Assembly (NCBI GenBank): GCA_038248895.1
Contig: JBBRWZ010000004.1
Location: 1-61,494 of the forward strand
DNA from: Candidatus Limnocylindria bacterium
Lineage (GTDB): Bacteria; Chloroflexota; Limnocylindria; QHBO01
DNA length: 61,494 bases
Direction of reading: 5' to 3'
Shown here: in pieces, positions 8,489-19,891 of the stretch
Numbering within the stretch: position 1 is the stretch's first letter
How the letters are laid out: each line of letters opens with the position of its first letter
Made by a program: the position numbers and the translations under genes
The notes under the pieces: generated by a model
What the model was told of the DNA's origin: nothing
Databases searched by the model: none
The model's input: only the letters and a program-made list of their open reading frames with translations

Positions 8489-9538
8489 ATGCGACGACTT
8501 CTCGCCCCGCTGCTCGCGGCGGGCACATCCATCCTGGTGCTTGCCGCGCCGGCCGCCGCCTGCGGCGGGCTGATCGGCCCGAACGGCGCCGTCAACCTCC
8601 TGCGCACCACGACCCTCGCCGGCTACCACGCCGGCGTGGAGCACTACGTCACCGCCTTCGCCTTCGCCGGTGGCGGCGGGGTCTTCGGCAGCATCACGCC
8701 GCTGCCCGGCATCCCCACCTCGGTCGAGCGTGGCGGCGACTGGACCCTCCAGCGTCTGGTCCGGGAGGTGACACCGCAGCGACTAGCCTTCGAGGACGCT
8801 GCCCCTTCGGCGGCCGGCGCGGAGGTGCTGCTCCAGACGCGGATCGACGCGCTCGACATCACGATCCTGCGCGGTGGCGGTGATGCCGTGGGGAAGTGGG
8901 CGAAGGACCACGGCTTCCGGCTGCCGCCCGACGCGCCGGAGGTGCTCGACTTCTACGCCAACCGCTCGCCGATCTTCATGGCTGCCGCCTTCGACGCGGA
9001 TGCCGCCGCGGCACGCGGACAGGCGATTGGCGACGGTACGCCGGTGCACCTGACCATCCCCACCGACAACCCGTGGGTGCCGCTCCGCATTCTGGGGCTG
9101 GGCAAGCAGGCCAGCGAACGGGTCGAGGCGGACATCTTCCTCCTCACCGATGCGCGACCGGCGCTCCTCCCGCGGCCGGGGCGGCTCTTCAGCAGCCATG
9201 GCATGCGCCTCGCGCACAGCGCGGCGGCCGGCGACGGGCTGCTCGCCGACCTTCGTACCGACAAGGGCATGGACTGGGTGCCGGATGACGCGTGGCTGAC
9301 GCAGGTCGCGATCGATGCCGCCGTCCCGCAGCTCACCTTCGATCTCGCCGTCGACGCGTCCGGCGCCGGCGCACCATCGGCGGTCGACGCCGGACTGGCG
9401 CCGGTTGCGCCGGACCCCGTTCCCGCATCGCCCGTCCCATACCTGCTGCTGCTGGCGGCGGTGGTGGCGGTGGCCCTGCCGGTCGGCTTTGACCGGCTCG
9501 CGCGGAACGGGGCTGGGGGTCCGCTGCGTCCCGCGTGA
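8489..9538 (+). CDS. secreted, membrane-anchored DUF2330-like protein
   Basis: signal peptide ending AAA-CGG, C-terminal TM helix, GGAG SD before ATG 8489; family assignment by resemblance. Confidence 0.65.
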   Translation: MRRLLAPLLAAGTSILVLAAPAAACGGLIGPNGAVNLLRTTTLAGYHAGVEHYVTAFAFAGGGGVFGSITPLPGIPTSVERGGDWTLQRLVREVTPQRLAFEDAAPSAAGAEVLLQTRIDALDITILRGGGDAVGKWAKDHGFRLPPDAPEVLDFYANRSPIFMAAAFDADAAAARGQAIGDGTPVHLTIPTDNPWVPLRILGLGKQASERVEADIFLLTDARPALLPRPGRLFSSHGMRLAHSAAAGDGLLADLRTDKGMDWVPDDAWLTQVAIDAAVPQLTFDLAVDASGAGAPSAVDAGLAPVAPDPVPASPVPYLLLLAAVVAVALPVGFDRLARNGAGGPLRPA

Positions 9539-9951
9539 TGCGCGTAATGCGACGCTCCACGGCGGCGCTGCTGGTGATGCTGCTCGCGCTGGCCATCGGG
9601 GCCGGTGGGTGCGGCACCGCCGCCGCCGCGGAGCGGATCACGATCACCATCGCCTACACCTCGTTCGCGCCGAAGCTGATCTCCATCTCAGCCGGAGTGC
9701 CGGTGACGTTCGTCCTCGTCAACACCGACCCCATCGACCACGAGTGGATCGTGGGCGACGCGGCGGTCCACGCGGCGCATCGCACCGGCACCGAGATGGT
9801 CCACGACGCGCGCCCGACCGAGGTATCGGTCCCGGCCCTGACCACGGTCGAGACGACGGTGACATTCGACACGCCGGGGCTCTACCCGTACATCTGCCAC
9901 CTCCCCGGCCACGAGGCGTACGGGATGACAGGCCTGCTGACGGTGCGCTAG
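9535..9951 (+). CDS. cupredoxin (plastocyanin/azurin-like) lipoprotein
   Basis: lipobox-like AGGC; type-1 copper ligands HEW...YICHLPGHEAYGM. Confidence 0.88.
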   Translation: MMRVMRRSTAALLVMLLALAIGAGGCGTAAAAERITITIAYTSFAPKLISISAGVPVTFVLVNTDPIDHEWIVGDAAVHAAHRTGTEMVHDARPTEVSVPALTTVETTVTFDTPGLYPYICHLPGHEAYGMTGLLTVR

Positions 9952-9958
9952 GCAGCGC

Positions 9959-10768
9959 TCAGACGGAGATGCCGCCGGCCCCGAGCACGCCCGGCAGAAC
10001 GCTGCCGAAGAAGTAGCCCGCGATGCCCGCGAAGGCACCGATGACGAGGATCTCGAGGCCGGACGACCACCAGGACCGATGCGTCCAGCGGCTCTTCAGA
10101 GCTCCCACGCCGAAGAGGACGGCGAGCGTCGCCAGGGTCGACACGACGACGGCGCCGCTGCCCTCCAGCAGGAGATGGGGGACGATCGGCACCGCGGCGC
10201 CAAGGCCGAACGCGCCTCCCATCACCATTGCACCCTGGAGGGGCGATCCGTCGTCCGGCTCGACGGCGAGTCCTAGCTCCTTCTCGACCATCGTCTTGAG
10301 GAGCACGTCGGGATGCTCGGCCATGGCCCGTGCCACGGCGACCGCCGTCTCGCGTGGCAGGCCGTCCTCGGTCAGCATGTAGGCCATCTCCGCCTCTGCC
10401 TCGCCGGGTCGCTCGTGGACCTCGCGCCGCTCGTCGACAATCTGCGCCTCGAAGATCTCGCGCTGGCTCTTGCTGGAGAGGTACTCGCCGGCGGCCATGC
10501 TGAAGACGCCGGCCAGGGCGGAGGCGATGCCGGCGACGAGCACGCCGAACCGTCCCGCGCTCGCCCCGGCCACGGTGCTGACGACCGCGAGGGTGCTGAC
10601 GAGCCCGTCCTGCGCGCCGAAGATCGCTTCGCGCACCTCGCCCAGCAGGCTGGCCCGGCGCCGCTCTTCCGCAAGGTGGGTGGCGAGAAACTCGTCGCTG
10701 AACTCGTGCGCGGCCATGCCGGCACGGCTGTCTTCGTCATCGAGCAGGTGAACCACGGGATCGCTCAT
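9959..10768 (-). CDS. VIT1/CCC1 family Fe/Mn transporter
   Basis: IFGAQDGLVS and SMAAGEYLS motifs. Confidence 0.92.
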   Translation of the reverse strand: MSDPVVHLLDDEDSRAGMAAHEFSDEFLATHLAEERRRASLLGEVREAIFGAQDGLVSTLAVVSTVAGASAGRFGVLVAGIASALAGVFSMAAGEYLSSKSQREIFEAQIVDERREVHERPGEAEAEMAYMLTEDGLPRETAVAVARAMAEHPDVLLKTMVEKELGLAVEPDDGSPLQGAMVMGGAFGLGAAVPIVPHLLLEGSGAVVVSTLATLAVLFGVGALKSRWTHRSWWSSGLEILVIGAFAGIAGYFFGSVLPGVLGAGGISV

Positions 10769-10864
10769 GCGGTAGTGATGCTAGCCGAGCCGGAACCGTG
10801 TCGCGCGATGATCGACGGACGGAGTCGTGCGCTCCGGCACGGACACGCCCAGGGAGGGAGCACC

Positions 10865-11737
10865 ATGCGCCGTGTCCTCTGCATCGCCATCGTCAGCATC
10901 GGTCTCGTGGCGTGCGCCAGTGGGGGCGCTGCCACGGCCGCACCCAACGACGATCCCGCCCGGGCGGCCGCCAGCGCGGCCGCGGGTGAGCCGGGTGGGG
11001 TCGCTGCAGAGAGCCGGGCTCCGCTGGCGGCACCGGCGGCGCGCAACGTGATCAAGACCGGCGAAGTGGCCCTCGAAGTCGATGACGTTGCCGCTGCGCT
11101 GGCGGCCGTGCGCTCGATCAGCGACGCCGTTGGCGGGTACGTCGGCGGATCGCAGGCGGGGACGCTCGACGATACCGCCACGCTGACGCTCCGGATCCCC
11201 GCCGACCGCTTCGACGAGGTCCTGTCGCGGCTCCATGAGCTTGACGCGAAGGTCCTCAACGAGGCGACCCGGGAGGAGGATGTCACCGCCAATGTCGTGG
11301 ACCTGCGCGCGCGCATCGACAACCTGGACGCCTCGGAGGCGTCGTACCGGACGCTCGCCGCGCAGGCGACGGCGGTGGACGACGTGCTGAAGGTGCAGGC
11401 GCGCCTCGACGAGGTGCGCGGCGAGATCGAGCAGATGCAGGCGCAGCTGGACAACCTGTCCGATCGTGCCGCGCTCTCGACACTGACCGTCACGCTTGTC
11501 CCGGTGGCGGCCCCGGTCGAGACCCAGACAGCGGGCTGGGATGCCGGCGCGCAGGCCGGAGAGGCAGTGGCGGCCCTGCTCGCCATCGGCCAGTGGTTGG
11601 CGGCGGTGGGAATCTGGCTGGCGATCGTGGGGCTGCCGGTCGTCGCCGTCGGCGTGCTGCTGCTCCTGGTGGGCCTGTGGCTGCGCGGCATGATCCGTCG
11701 CGGCGCGGCCGCCGGAGCGGCGCCGCGCGACGGGTGA
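10865..11737 (+). CDS. DUF4349-like lipoprotein
   Basis: lipobox LVAC, LTLRIPA, EDVT..VDL.AR, coiled coil, C-terminal TM; SD gggaggga. Confidence 0.8.
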   Translation: MRRVLCIAIVSIGLVACASGGAATAAPNDDPARAAASAAAGEPGGVAAESRAPLAAPAARNVIKTGEVALEVDDVAAALAAVRSISDAVGGYVGGSQAGTLDDTATLTLRIPADRFDEVLSRLHELDAKVLNEATREEDVTANVVDLRARIDNLDASEASYRTLAAQATAVDDVLKVQARLDEVRGEIEQMQAQLDNLSDRAALSTLTVTLVPVAAPVETQTAGWDAGAQAGEAVAALLAIGQWLAAVGIWLAIVGLPVVAVGVLLLLVGLWLRGMIRRGAAAGAAPRDG

Positions 11738-11741
11738 GAGG

Positions 11742-12344
11742 TTACCCGGCGCGCCGCCCAGCCAGGCGCCAGGCAAGGGGGAGCAGCCCTGCCGCCACGA
11801 CGATCTTCAGGGCGTCCGACCAGAGGAAGGGGAGGGCGCCCTTCTGCACGGCCTCGACCGGCCCGAAGCCGGCGACGAGCGCCAGCACCGGCACGCCGAT
11901 GGCGTAGATGACGAGGTTGCCGAGCACCATCAGGACCGCGGCGCGGGGCACGCTGCGGTCCCAGCCACGCTCCGCCAGCCACCCGACGAGAAGGGCCGCC
12001 ACCACGAATCCGACGAGGTAGCCGCCGGTGACGCCCAGGAGGCGCGCGATGCCGGCGTCACCGTCGCTGTAGATCGGTGCGCCGATGGCGCCGAAGGCAA
12101 GGTAGAGGAGCATGCTGAGCCCGCCGAGCCTCCACCCGAGCGCGGCCCCGGTGAGGAGCACCGCCGCGGTCTGGGCGGTGAATGGGACCGGCGTCCACGG
12201 CACGCTGAAGCTGATCTGCGCGGCCAGGGCGGTGAGCGCCACCCCGGCGGCGACGAGGAGGGCGGCACGCGCCCACGGCGCGACGTTGGGTGCCAGCGCC
12301 TCGCCGAGCGTCGGCGAGCGCTGCGGGATGGCGGTCACGGACAC
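11742..12344 (-). CDS. bioY: biotin transporter BioY
   Basis: PVPFTAQT, GAIGAPIY, TGGYLVGF motifs; TAGAAT -10 overlaps the argF stop. Confidence 0.92.
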   Translation of the reverse strand: MSVTAIPQRSPTLGEALAPNVAPWARAALLVAAGVALTALAAQISFSVPWTPVPFTAQTAAVLLTGAALGWRLGGLSMLLYLAFGAIGAPIYSDGDAGIARLLGVTGGYLVGFVVAALLVGWLAERGWDRSVPRAAVLMVLGNLVIYAIGVPVLALVAGFGPVEAVQKGALPFLWSDALKIVVAAGLLPLAWRLAGRRAG

Positions 12345-12380
12345 GGCTGACTCCTGCTGGGCTGCTGCGAGAGCCCGATT

Positions 12381-13355
12381 CTAGCGATCGGCGACGTCGA
12401 GCAGCTCCACCAGCAGCGCCTGCTGGACGTAGAGCCGGTTCTCGGCCTGGTCGAGCGCCACCGAACGTGGCCCATCGAGCACCTCGGCGCTGATCTCCTC
12501 GCCGCGGTGGGCCGGCAGGCAGTGCATCACGATCGCGTCGGGCGCGCCGGCGAGGAGCTCCTCGTCGACCCGGAAACCGGCGAACCGGCGGCGGCGCTCG
12601 CTCGCCTCCGCCTCCTCGCCCATGCTCGTCCAGACATCGGTGTAGACGGCCTCGGCATCGCGCACCGCCGCCGCCGGGTCGTTGCCGATCTCGATGGTCG
12701 CCCCGGTGCGGCGAGCGACCCACGCGGCGTCGCGCACCAGCGCGGCGTTCAGCTCGTACCCCGGCGGCGTCGCCACCCGGACGTGGATGCCGGCCAGCGC
12801 GGCGGCCCAGATGAATGACTGGCTGACGTTGTTGCCGGCACCGATGAAGCTGACGCGGCGCCCGGCAAGGGAGCCGAAGCGCTGTCGCAACGTGAGCAGG
12901 TCGGCGAGGGCCTGGCACGGGTGCTCCCGATCCGTGAGCGCGTTGACCACCGGGACCGATGCGGTGGCGGCGACCTCGACGAGCGTCGCGTGCGTGAAGG
13001 TGCGCAGGACGATCGCGTCTACCCAGCGCGACAGGTTGGCGCCGATGTCGGAGGCCTTCTCCCGCACCCCGATCCGCACCTCGTCGGGCGAGAGAAAGAC
13101 CGGGTGGCCGCCCAGGGCCGCGATCCCGGCGTCGAACGTGACGCGGGTGCGGAGGCTCGGCTTCTCGAACAGCAGCGCCACCTGGCGACCGGCAAGCGGT
13201 CGTGGCAGCGCGTTGTGGCGGCGGGCTTCGCGCAGCGCCTCGGCGCGGTGCAGAAGCCGTTCGATACCGAGCTCGCCGAGGTCCGCCATGGTCAGGGCAT
13301 GCGGCACCGCCGCGGATGGGGTCCGCGTCCCGACCGTCGCACGCACGCCTGTCAC
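12381..13355 (-). CDS. argF: ornithine carbamoyltransferase
   Basis: FEKPSLRT, HPCQ, DVWTSMG, HCLP; arg operon context. Confidence 0.95.
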   Translation of the reverse strand: MTGVRATVGTRTPSAAVPHALTMADLGELGIERLLHRAEALREARRHNALPRPLAGRQVALLFEKPSLRTRVTFDAGIAALGGHPVFLSPDEVRIGVREKASDIGANLSRWVDAIVLRTFTHATLVEVAATASVPVVNALTDREHPCQALADLLTLRQRFGSLAGRRVSFIGAGNNVSQSFIWAAALAGIHVRVATPPGYELNAALVRDAAWVARRTGATIEIGNDPAAAVRDAEAVYTDVWTSMGEEAEASERRRRFAGFRVDEELLAGAPDAIVMHCLPAHRGEEISAEVLDGPRSVALDQAENRLYVQQALLVELLDVADR

Positions 13356-14554
13356 GCCGCGGCCGCCTGCTCGAGTGCCGGACGCAGCCGCGCCAGCGCC
13401 TCATCGACCTCGTCGGCGCTGATGGTGAGCGGTGGGACCATGCGCAGCGTCGTGTCGCCGGTGGCGTTGATGAGAAGTCCGTGCTCGCGCGCCGCGGTGA
13501 CCGCCGCCTTCGCCCACGGGCCGGCCGTCTCGAGGCCGAGCATGAGGCCGCGCCCGCGAACCTCGGTTCCGAGACCATCGGTGACGAAGGTGCGCAGGCC
13601 GGCGGCGAGCTGGGCCCCGCGCTCGGTGGCCTTGCCGAGCAGCCCCTCGTCGTCGATGACGCGCAGGGTCGCCAGGGCGGCGGCGGCAGCCAGCGGGTTG
13701 CCGCCCAGGGTCGTCCCGTGGTCGCCGACGTGGAAATCGGCTGCCCCGTTGCGGACGAGCAGCGCGCCGATGGGGACGCCACCGCCGAGGCCCTTGGCGA
13801 GGGTGACCGCGTCGGGCACCACCGGCGTCGACTCGAACGCGAAGAACGTCCCGGTGCGACCGATCCCGGTCTGCACCTCGTCGAAGACGAGCAGCGCCCC
13901 CACGGCGTCGCACGTTTCGCGTGCCGCCACGAGGAAGGCATCGTCGAGCGGCCGGATGCCGCCCTCGCCGAGGATCGGCTCGAGCAGGACGGCGCACGTG
14001 CGGTCGGTGACGGCGGCGCGCAGCGCATCGGTATCGTTTGGAGCGACGTGGAGGAAGCCCGCCGGCAGCGGCGCGAACGGCGCCTGGTACTTCGGCTGGC
14101 CCGTCGCGGCCAGCGAACCGAGCGTACGTCCGTGGAACGAGCCGACAAGGCTGACGATCTCGAACGCGCCGCGGTCGTGCCCGTGACGGCGCGCCAGCTT
14201 GATGGCGGCCTCGTTGGCCTCGGTGCCGGAGTTGGTGAAGAAGGCCCGGTCGAACGCCGATCGTGCCGCGAGCGCCTCGGCGAGCTCCACCTGCGGGATG
14301 GTGTAGTAGAGGTTCGAGACCTGGAGCAGCGTCCGCGCCTGGGTCGCGATTGCATCGGCGACGACCGGGTTGGCGTGCCCGAGCACGTTGACGGCGATGC
14401 CCGCCACGAGGTCGAGGTAGCGGTTGTCGTCGTCGTCCCAGACCCAGCTTCCGGCGCCGCGCACGAGGGTGAGCGGCTGCCGGGCATACGTCCCGAGATG
14501 GACCCGCGCCTCGCGCTCGGCGAGGGTCGGCGTGGTGGTCTGCGCCCCGGTCAT
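13352..14554 (-). CDS. argD: acetylornithine aminotransferase
   Basis: NSGTEANEAA, FHGRT, DEVQTG, LAKGLGGG; ATGA overlap with the upstream gene. Confidence 0.93.
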   Translation of the reverse strand: MTGAQTTTPTLAEREARVHLGTYARQPLTLVRGAGSWVWDDDDNRYLDLVAGIAVNVLGHANPVVADAIATQARTLLQVSNLYYTIPQVELAEALAARSAFDRAFFTNSGTEANEAAIKLARRHGHDRGAFEIVSLVGSFHGRTLGSLAATGQPKYQAPFAPLPAGFLHVAPNDTDALRAAVTDRTCAVLLEPILGEGGIRPLDDAFLVAARETCDAVGALLVFDEVQTGIGRTGTFFAFESTPVVPDAVTLAKGLGGGVPIGALLVRNGAADFHVGDHGTTLGGNPLAAAAALATLRVIDDEGLLGKATERGAQLAAGLRTFVTDGLGTEVRGRGLMLGLETAGPWAKAAVTAAREHGLLINATGDTTLRMVPPLTISADEVDEALARLRPALEQAAAA

Positions 14555-15059
14555 GGCGTCAGCACCATGGCGGTGTTCCACTGGCGCTGCGGGTACTCGG
14601 GGCCGCGATCCTTCTCAAGGATGGCAGGCAGCTCGTCCCACGGCACCTCGCGGAAGCCGAAGAGCGCGAAGTAGCCCGGCGACGCGGTGAGGGCGTAGAG
14701 CTCGCGAATGCCGGCGCGCTTCGCGTCGCGGACGACGGAGCGCACCAGCATCTCGCCGAAGCCATGTCCGTGGACCGATGGCTCCACCGACAGCGAGCGC
14801 AGCTCGCCGATGCCGTCGCCGAACTCGCGCAGGGCCGCCAGGCCGACCACCTCGCCATCGAGCTCGGCGACCCGGAACGTGCCGATCTGCTCGGTGACCT
14901 CGTCAATCGGCCGGGGGAGAAGGATTCCCTCTCCGGCGTAGCCCTCGATGATCCGGACGATGGCCGCCGCGTCAGCCGGCCGTGCCCGGCGCGCGAACGA
15001 CGCGCCGGCCGTGAGGGCGGCGATGGTGCCGCCCGGGGTGAGAGGGTGATGCCGCTGCG

Positions 15060-15063
<4 letters not shown>
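14551..15063 (-). CDS. argA: short GNAT-type amino-acid N-acetyltransferase (N-acetylglutamate synthase)
   Basis: ILLPR, ELRSLSV..HGHGFG, YALT...YF...GF; lies within the arg operon with ATGA overlaps. Confidence 0.8.
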
Positions 15064-16372
<1,309 letters not shown>

Positions 16373-16376
<4 letters not shown>

Positions 16377-16888
16377 GTCGGGATCTCCTGGGGTGGGGTG
16401 GGGGACGCGGCGACCGCCTCGACGGTCGCGTCACGGATCGATTCGAGTGCGGCACGCAGGCGCCGCAGGGCCGGCGCTGACCGGCAGGCGACGAAGATCG
16501 TGTCATCGCCGGCCACCGTCCCCACCGCGCCGTCCATGCGCGAGGCGTCGATGGCCGAGGCGATGGCGTTGGCGGCACCGGGCGCGGTGCGCAGGATGAG
16601 CAGCGGCGGCGCGACGTCGATATCGAGCGGCAGGTCGCGCAGCAGCCGGCGCAGCCGGAGCGCCGCCGCACCGTCTTCGCCTCCCACCAGGTCGTCGGGC
16701 AGCAGATAGCGCGGGTGACCGTCGCGCGTTGCCCGCACCACGCCCAGCGTCGCGAGGTCGCGCGACACTGTCGCCTGCGTCACTGCCACGCCCTGCTCCG
16801 CCAGGGCGGCGATGAGATCCGCCTGTGAGCCGATGCGGCCGCCGGCGATCAGGCGCCGGATTGCCTGGCGTCGCTCGCGGCCGCTCAT
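16373..16888 (-). CDS. argR: arginine repressor
   Basis: TQATVSRDL and GTVAGDDTI motifs. Confidence 0.95.
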
Positions 16889-17667
16889 GAGGCACTCCGT
16901 GCGGGGGCTGCGGCCGCGGCCGCCCCGATGCGGGTGCCGGGCGTGCCGCCGGCGAGCGCCTCGGCGATGGCGGCCGGCGAGCGGCCGTCGAGGATGAGCA
17001 CCTCGCACCCGGCGGCGGCTGCGCGCAGCGCGGCGCGCAACTTGGGCCGCATGCCGGCACTCGCCTCGCCGCTGGCGAGCATCGACTCGGCGTCGCGGAC
17101 GGAGAGCTCGGCGATCGGTGCGCCGTCACGCATGACGGCGGCCACGTCGGTCCCGAGGAGGAGCCGACCGCCGCGGGCCGCAGCGATGGCCGCCGCCACG
17201 TCGTCCGCGTTCACGTTTCGCAGCTGGCCCGCGTCGTCGGCCGCGAGCGACGCCACCACCGGCAGGAAGCCGGCGGCGAGCAGGACCTCGAGGAGCGTTG
17301 CATCGGCGGTGCGTGGCACGCCCACCGCGCCGAGCGCCTCGGCGGCGGGGTCGATCCGCAGCAGGCCGGCATCGGCCCCGGTGAGGCCCACGGCGGGGCG
17401 CTTCAGCGTCCCGAGCATCGTCACCAGGCGCGTGTTGACGACGCCGGCGAGCACGGCGGTGACGACCTCGAGCGTCGCGGGGTCGGTGACCCGCAGGCCC
17501 TCGTGCGTGGCTGGCCGCAGGCCCAGCCGTGCCGACCATGCATCCACCTCGCGTCCACCGCCGTGGACGAGGACGCAGGAGGGATGAGCGTGAGCGGCCA
17601 CCACCGCCAGCGCCTCCCGCGCATCCGCCGCGACGCCGCCGAGCTTGATGGTCAGCGCGGCCGTCAC
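16885..17667 (-). CDS. argB: acetylglutamate kinase
   Basis: IKLGG, VHGGG, GLRVTD, NVNAD, GMRPK; GTGA overlap with argJ. Confidence 0.93.
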   Translation of the reverse strand: MTAALTIKLGGVAADAREALAVVAAHAHPSCVLVHGGGREVDAWSARLGLRPATHEGLRVTDPATLEVVTAVLAGVVNTRLVTMLGTLKRPAVGLTGADAGLLRIDPAAEALGAVGVPRTADATLLEVLLAAGFLPVVASLAADDAGQLRNVNADDVAAAIAAARGGRLLLGTDVAAVMRDGAPIAELSVRDAESMLASGEASAGMRPKLRAALRAAAAGCEVLILDGRSPAAIAEALAGGTPGTRIGAAAAAAPARSAS

Positions 17668-18866
17668 GTCGAGTACTCGCTGTTGATGACCACATACTCC
17701 GCGGAGAGGTCGCATCCCCACGCCTCGCCGCTCGCGTCGCCCACGCCGAGATCAACCCGCAGCAGCACTGTCGCGCCGCGCAGGACGCGGCTCGCCGCCT
17801 CCTCGTCGAACGCGACCGGGTCGCCGGCGAAGGTCAGCTCGTCGCCGATCCAGATCCGCAGCGACCACGGGTCGATGGCGACCTCGGCGCGGCCGATGGC
17901 GGCCGCGATGCGGCCCCAGTTGGGATCCGCGCCATGCACCGCCGCCTTGACGAGCTGCGAGCCTGCGACGGTGCGCGCCGCGCGCCGCGCGGCCCGGTTG
18001 TCCTCGGCGCCGGTGACCGTGACGTCGATGCGCCGCGTGGCACCCTCCCCGTCGGCGGCGATCTGCTGGGCGAGCGAGCGTGCGACGGCCTCGAGCGCGG
18101 CGGCGAACGCCGCGCGGTCGTCGGGGCCGTCGAGCGTGACGAGGCCCGCGGCGAGGAGCATCACCGAATCGTTGGTGGAGCCGTCACCGTCGACGGTGAC
18201 CTGGTTGAACGTCCGCTCGACGACATCTCGCAGCAGTGCCTGCAGCCCCACGGCGTCGATCGCCGCATCGGTGGTCAGGAAGGCGAGCATCGTCGCCATC
18301 TGCGGATGGATCATCCCGGATCCCTTGGCGGTGCCGCCGACGGTGAGTGCCGCGCCGCTCGGCAGGGTGACCCGTGCCGCCGCCTGCTTCGGCCTCGTGT
18401 CGGTGGTCATGATCGCCCGCGCCACGGATTCGGCGACGCGCGCGCCGCGCTCGGGGTGGATGCCGGCGAGGCCGGCCTCGATGCCCGCGATGTCGAGCCG
18501 CGAGCCGATGAGACCGGTCGAGGCGACGAGCATCTCCGACTCCGGGCACCCGACGCGTCGGGCCGCGGCGGCGACCATGCGCCGCGCGTCGTCGACGCCG
18601 CCGCTGCCGGTGCCACAGTTGGCACACCCCGCGTTGACGACGATCCCGCGCACCGCAGCGCCGGTCGCCACGGTGGCCGCCGAGATGTCGACCGGCGCCG
18701 CGCGGAAGCGGCTCGTCGTGAATGTCGCGGCCGCGGTCGCCGGGCCGTCGGCCACGATGAGCGCCAGGTCGTCGCCGTCCGCGATCCGCATCCCGACCCG
18801 GGTCGCTGCACCACGGAATCCGGCCGGCGCGAGGATGCCGCCACCGATCATCTCGACCTCGGTCAT
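17664..18866 (-). CDS. argJ: ornithine acetyltransferase ArgJ
   Basis: IMTTDT, KGSGMIHPQMATML, STNDS, DGEGAT, DPNWGR. Confidence 0.96.
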   Translation of the reverse strand: MTEVEMIGGGILAPAGFRGAATRVGMRIADGDDLALIVADGPATAAATFTTSRFRAAPVDISAATVATGAAVRGIVVNAGCANCGTGSGGVDDARRMVAAAARRVGCPESEMLVASTGLIGSRLDIAGIEAGLAGIHPERGARVAESVARAIMTTDTRPKQAAARVTLPSGAALTVGGTAKGSGMIHPQMATMLAFLTTDAAIDAVGLQALLRDVVERTFNQVTVDGDGSTNDSVMLLAAGLVTLDGPDDRAAFAAALEAVARSLAQQIAADGEGATRRIDVTVTGAEDNRAARRAARTVAGSQLVKAAVHGADPNWGRIAAAIGRAEVAIDPWSLRIWIGDELTFAGDPVAFDEEAASRVLRGATVLLRVDLGVGDASGEAWGCDLSAEYVVINSEYST

Positions 18867-19891
18867 GGGAAGACCGCCGTCCCGAGCAGCCCCGTCGTCT
18901 CGGGCAGCCCGCGCGCCACGTTCATGTTCTGGATCGCCTGGCCCGCCGCGCCCTTGCCCATGTTGTCGATGACCGATACCACCACGGCGCGACGTTCATT
19001 GGTGCGGACGGCGTGCACGAACGCGTGATTCGTGCCCCACGCGTGCTTGGTGGCCGGCGGCCGCGCGGTGACGTGGACGAACGGCTCGTCGCCGTAGCGC
19101 TCTTCGTACACCGCGGTGAGCTCGTCGGGGCCGAGGTCGTCCGCCAGCTGCACGTAGCAGGTGGCGAGGATGCCGCGCGCCTGCGGGACGAGGTGGGGGA
19201 CGAATGTGAGTCGCAGGTCGGCTGCCCCCGCAGCGGCCAGGCCCTGGCTGATCTCCGGCGTGTGGCGGTGGCCGCCGATTCCGTAGGCGGCGGTCGCGCC
19301 GACGAGCTCGGTGAAGGCGAAAGCCGGACCGGCCGACTTCCCGGCGCCGCTCACGCCCGACTTCGCGTCCACGATCACCTCGCCGACGAGCAGTCCGGCC
19401 TCCGCGAGCGGGGCGAGCGCCAGGAGCGCGGCGGTGGGGTAGCAGCCCGGATTGGCAATGAGTTCCGCGCCGGCGAGACGATCGCGGGCGAGCTCGGTCA
19501 GGCCGTACACCGAGCGGGCCAGCAGGGCCGGGCGTGGATGCTCGATCCCGTACCAGGCGGGGTAGGCCGCCGGGTCGCGCAGTCGAAGGTCGCTGCCGAT
19601 GTCGATCACCGTCGTGCCGGCCGCCGCGAGCCGTTCGGCCACCGGGGCCGACGCCCCGGACGGCAGGGCGAGGAACGCGACGTCGATGTCGTCGCACGGG
19701 TCCGCGCTGCTCAGCGTCAGCCCCAGCGGAGCGAGTTGCGGCACCTCGTCGCCGAGTGGCATGCCGTCCCGATCGCGCGCGTGGACCGATGCGATCTCCA
19801 CTGATGGATGCGTCGCGAGCAGCCGGATGAGCTCGCCGCCGGCGTAGCCGGTGGCACCGATGACGGCGACGCGGAGCGGAGGATCGGTCAT
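18863..19891 (-). CDS. argC: N-acetyl-gamma-glutamyl-phosphate reductase
   Basis: GATGYAG, ANPGCYPT, SGVSGAG, DNMGKGAAGQA. Confidence 0.96.
   Translation of the reverse strand: MTDPPLRVAVIGATGYAGGELIRLLATHPSVEIASVHARDRDGMPLGDEVPQLAPLGLTLSSADPCDDIDVAFLALPSGASAPVAERLAAAGTTVIDIGSDLRLRDPAAYPAWYGIEHPRPALLARSVYGLTELARDRLAGAELIANPGCYPTAALLALAPLAEAGLLVGEVIVDAKSGVSGAGKSAGPAFAFTELVGATAAYGIGGHRHTPEISQGLAAAGAADLRLTFVPHLVPQARGILATCYVQLADDLGPDELTAVYEERYGDEPFVHVTARPPATKHAWGTNHAFVHAVRTNERRAVVVSVIDNMGKGAAGQAIQNMNVARGLPETTGLLGTAVFP

Noticed and set aside
12381-13355. Acetyl/succinyl-ornithine transcarbamylase because of SLRT
   Set aside because: The DxxxSMG loop and presence of argJ indicate canonical ArgF.
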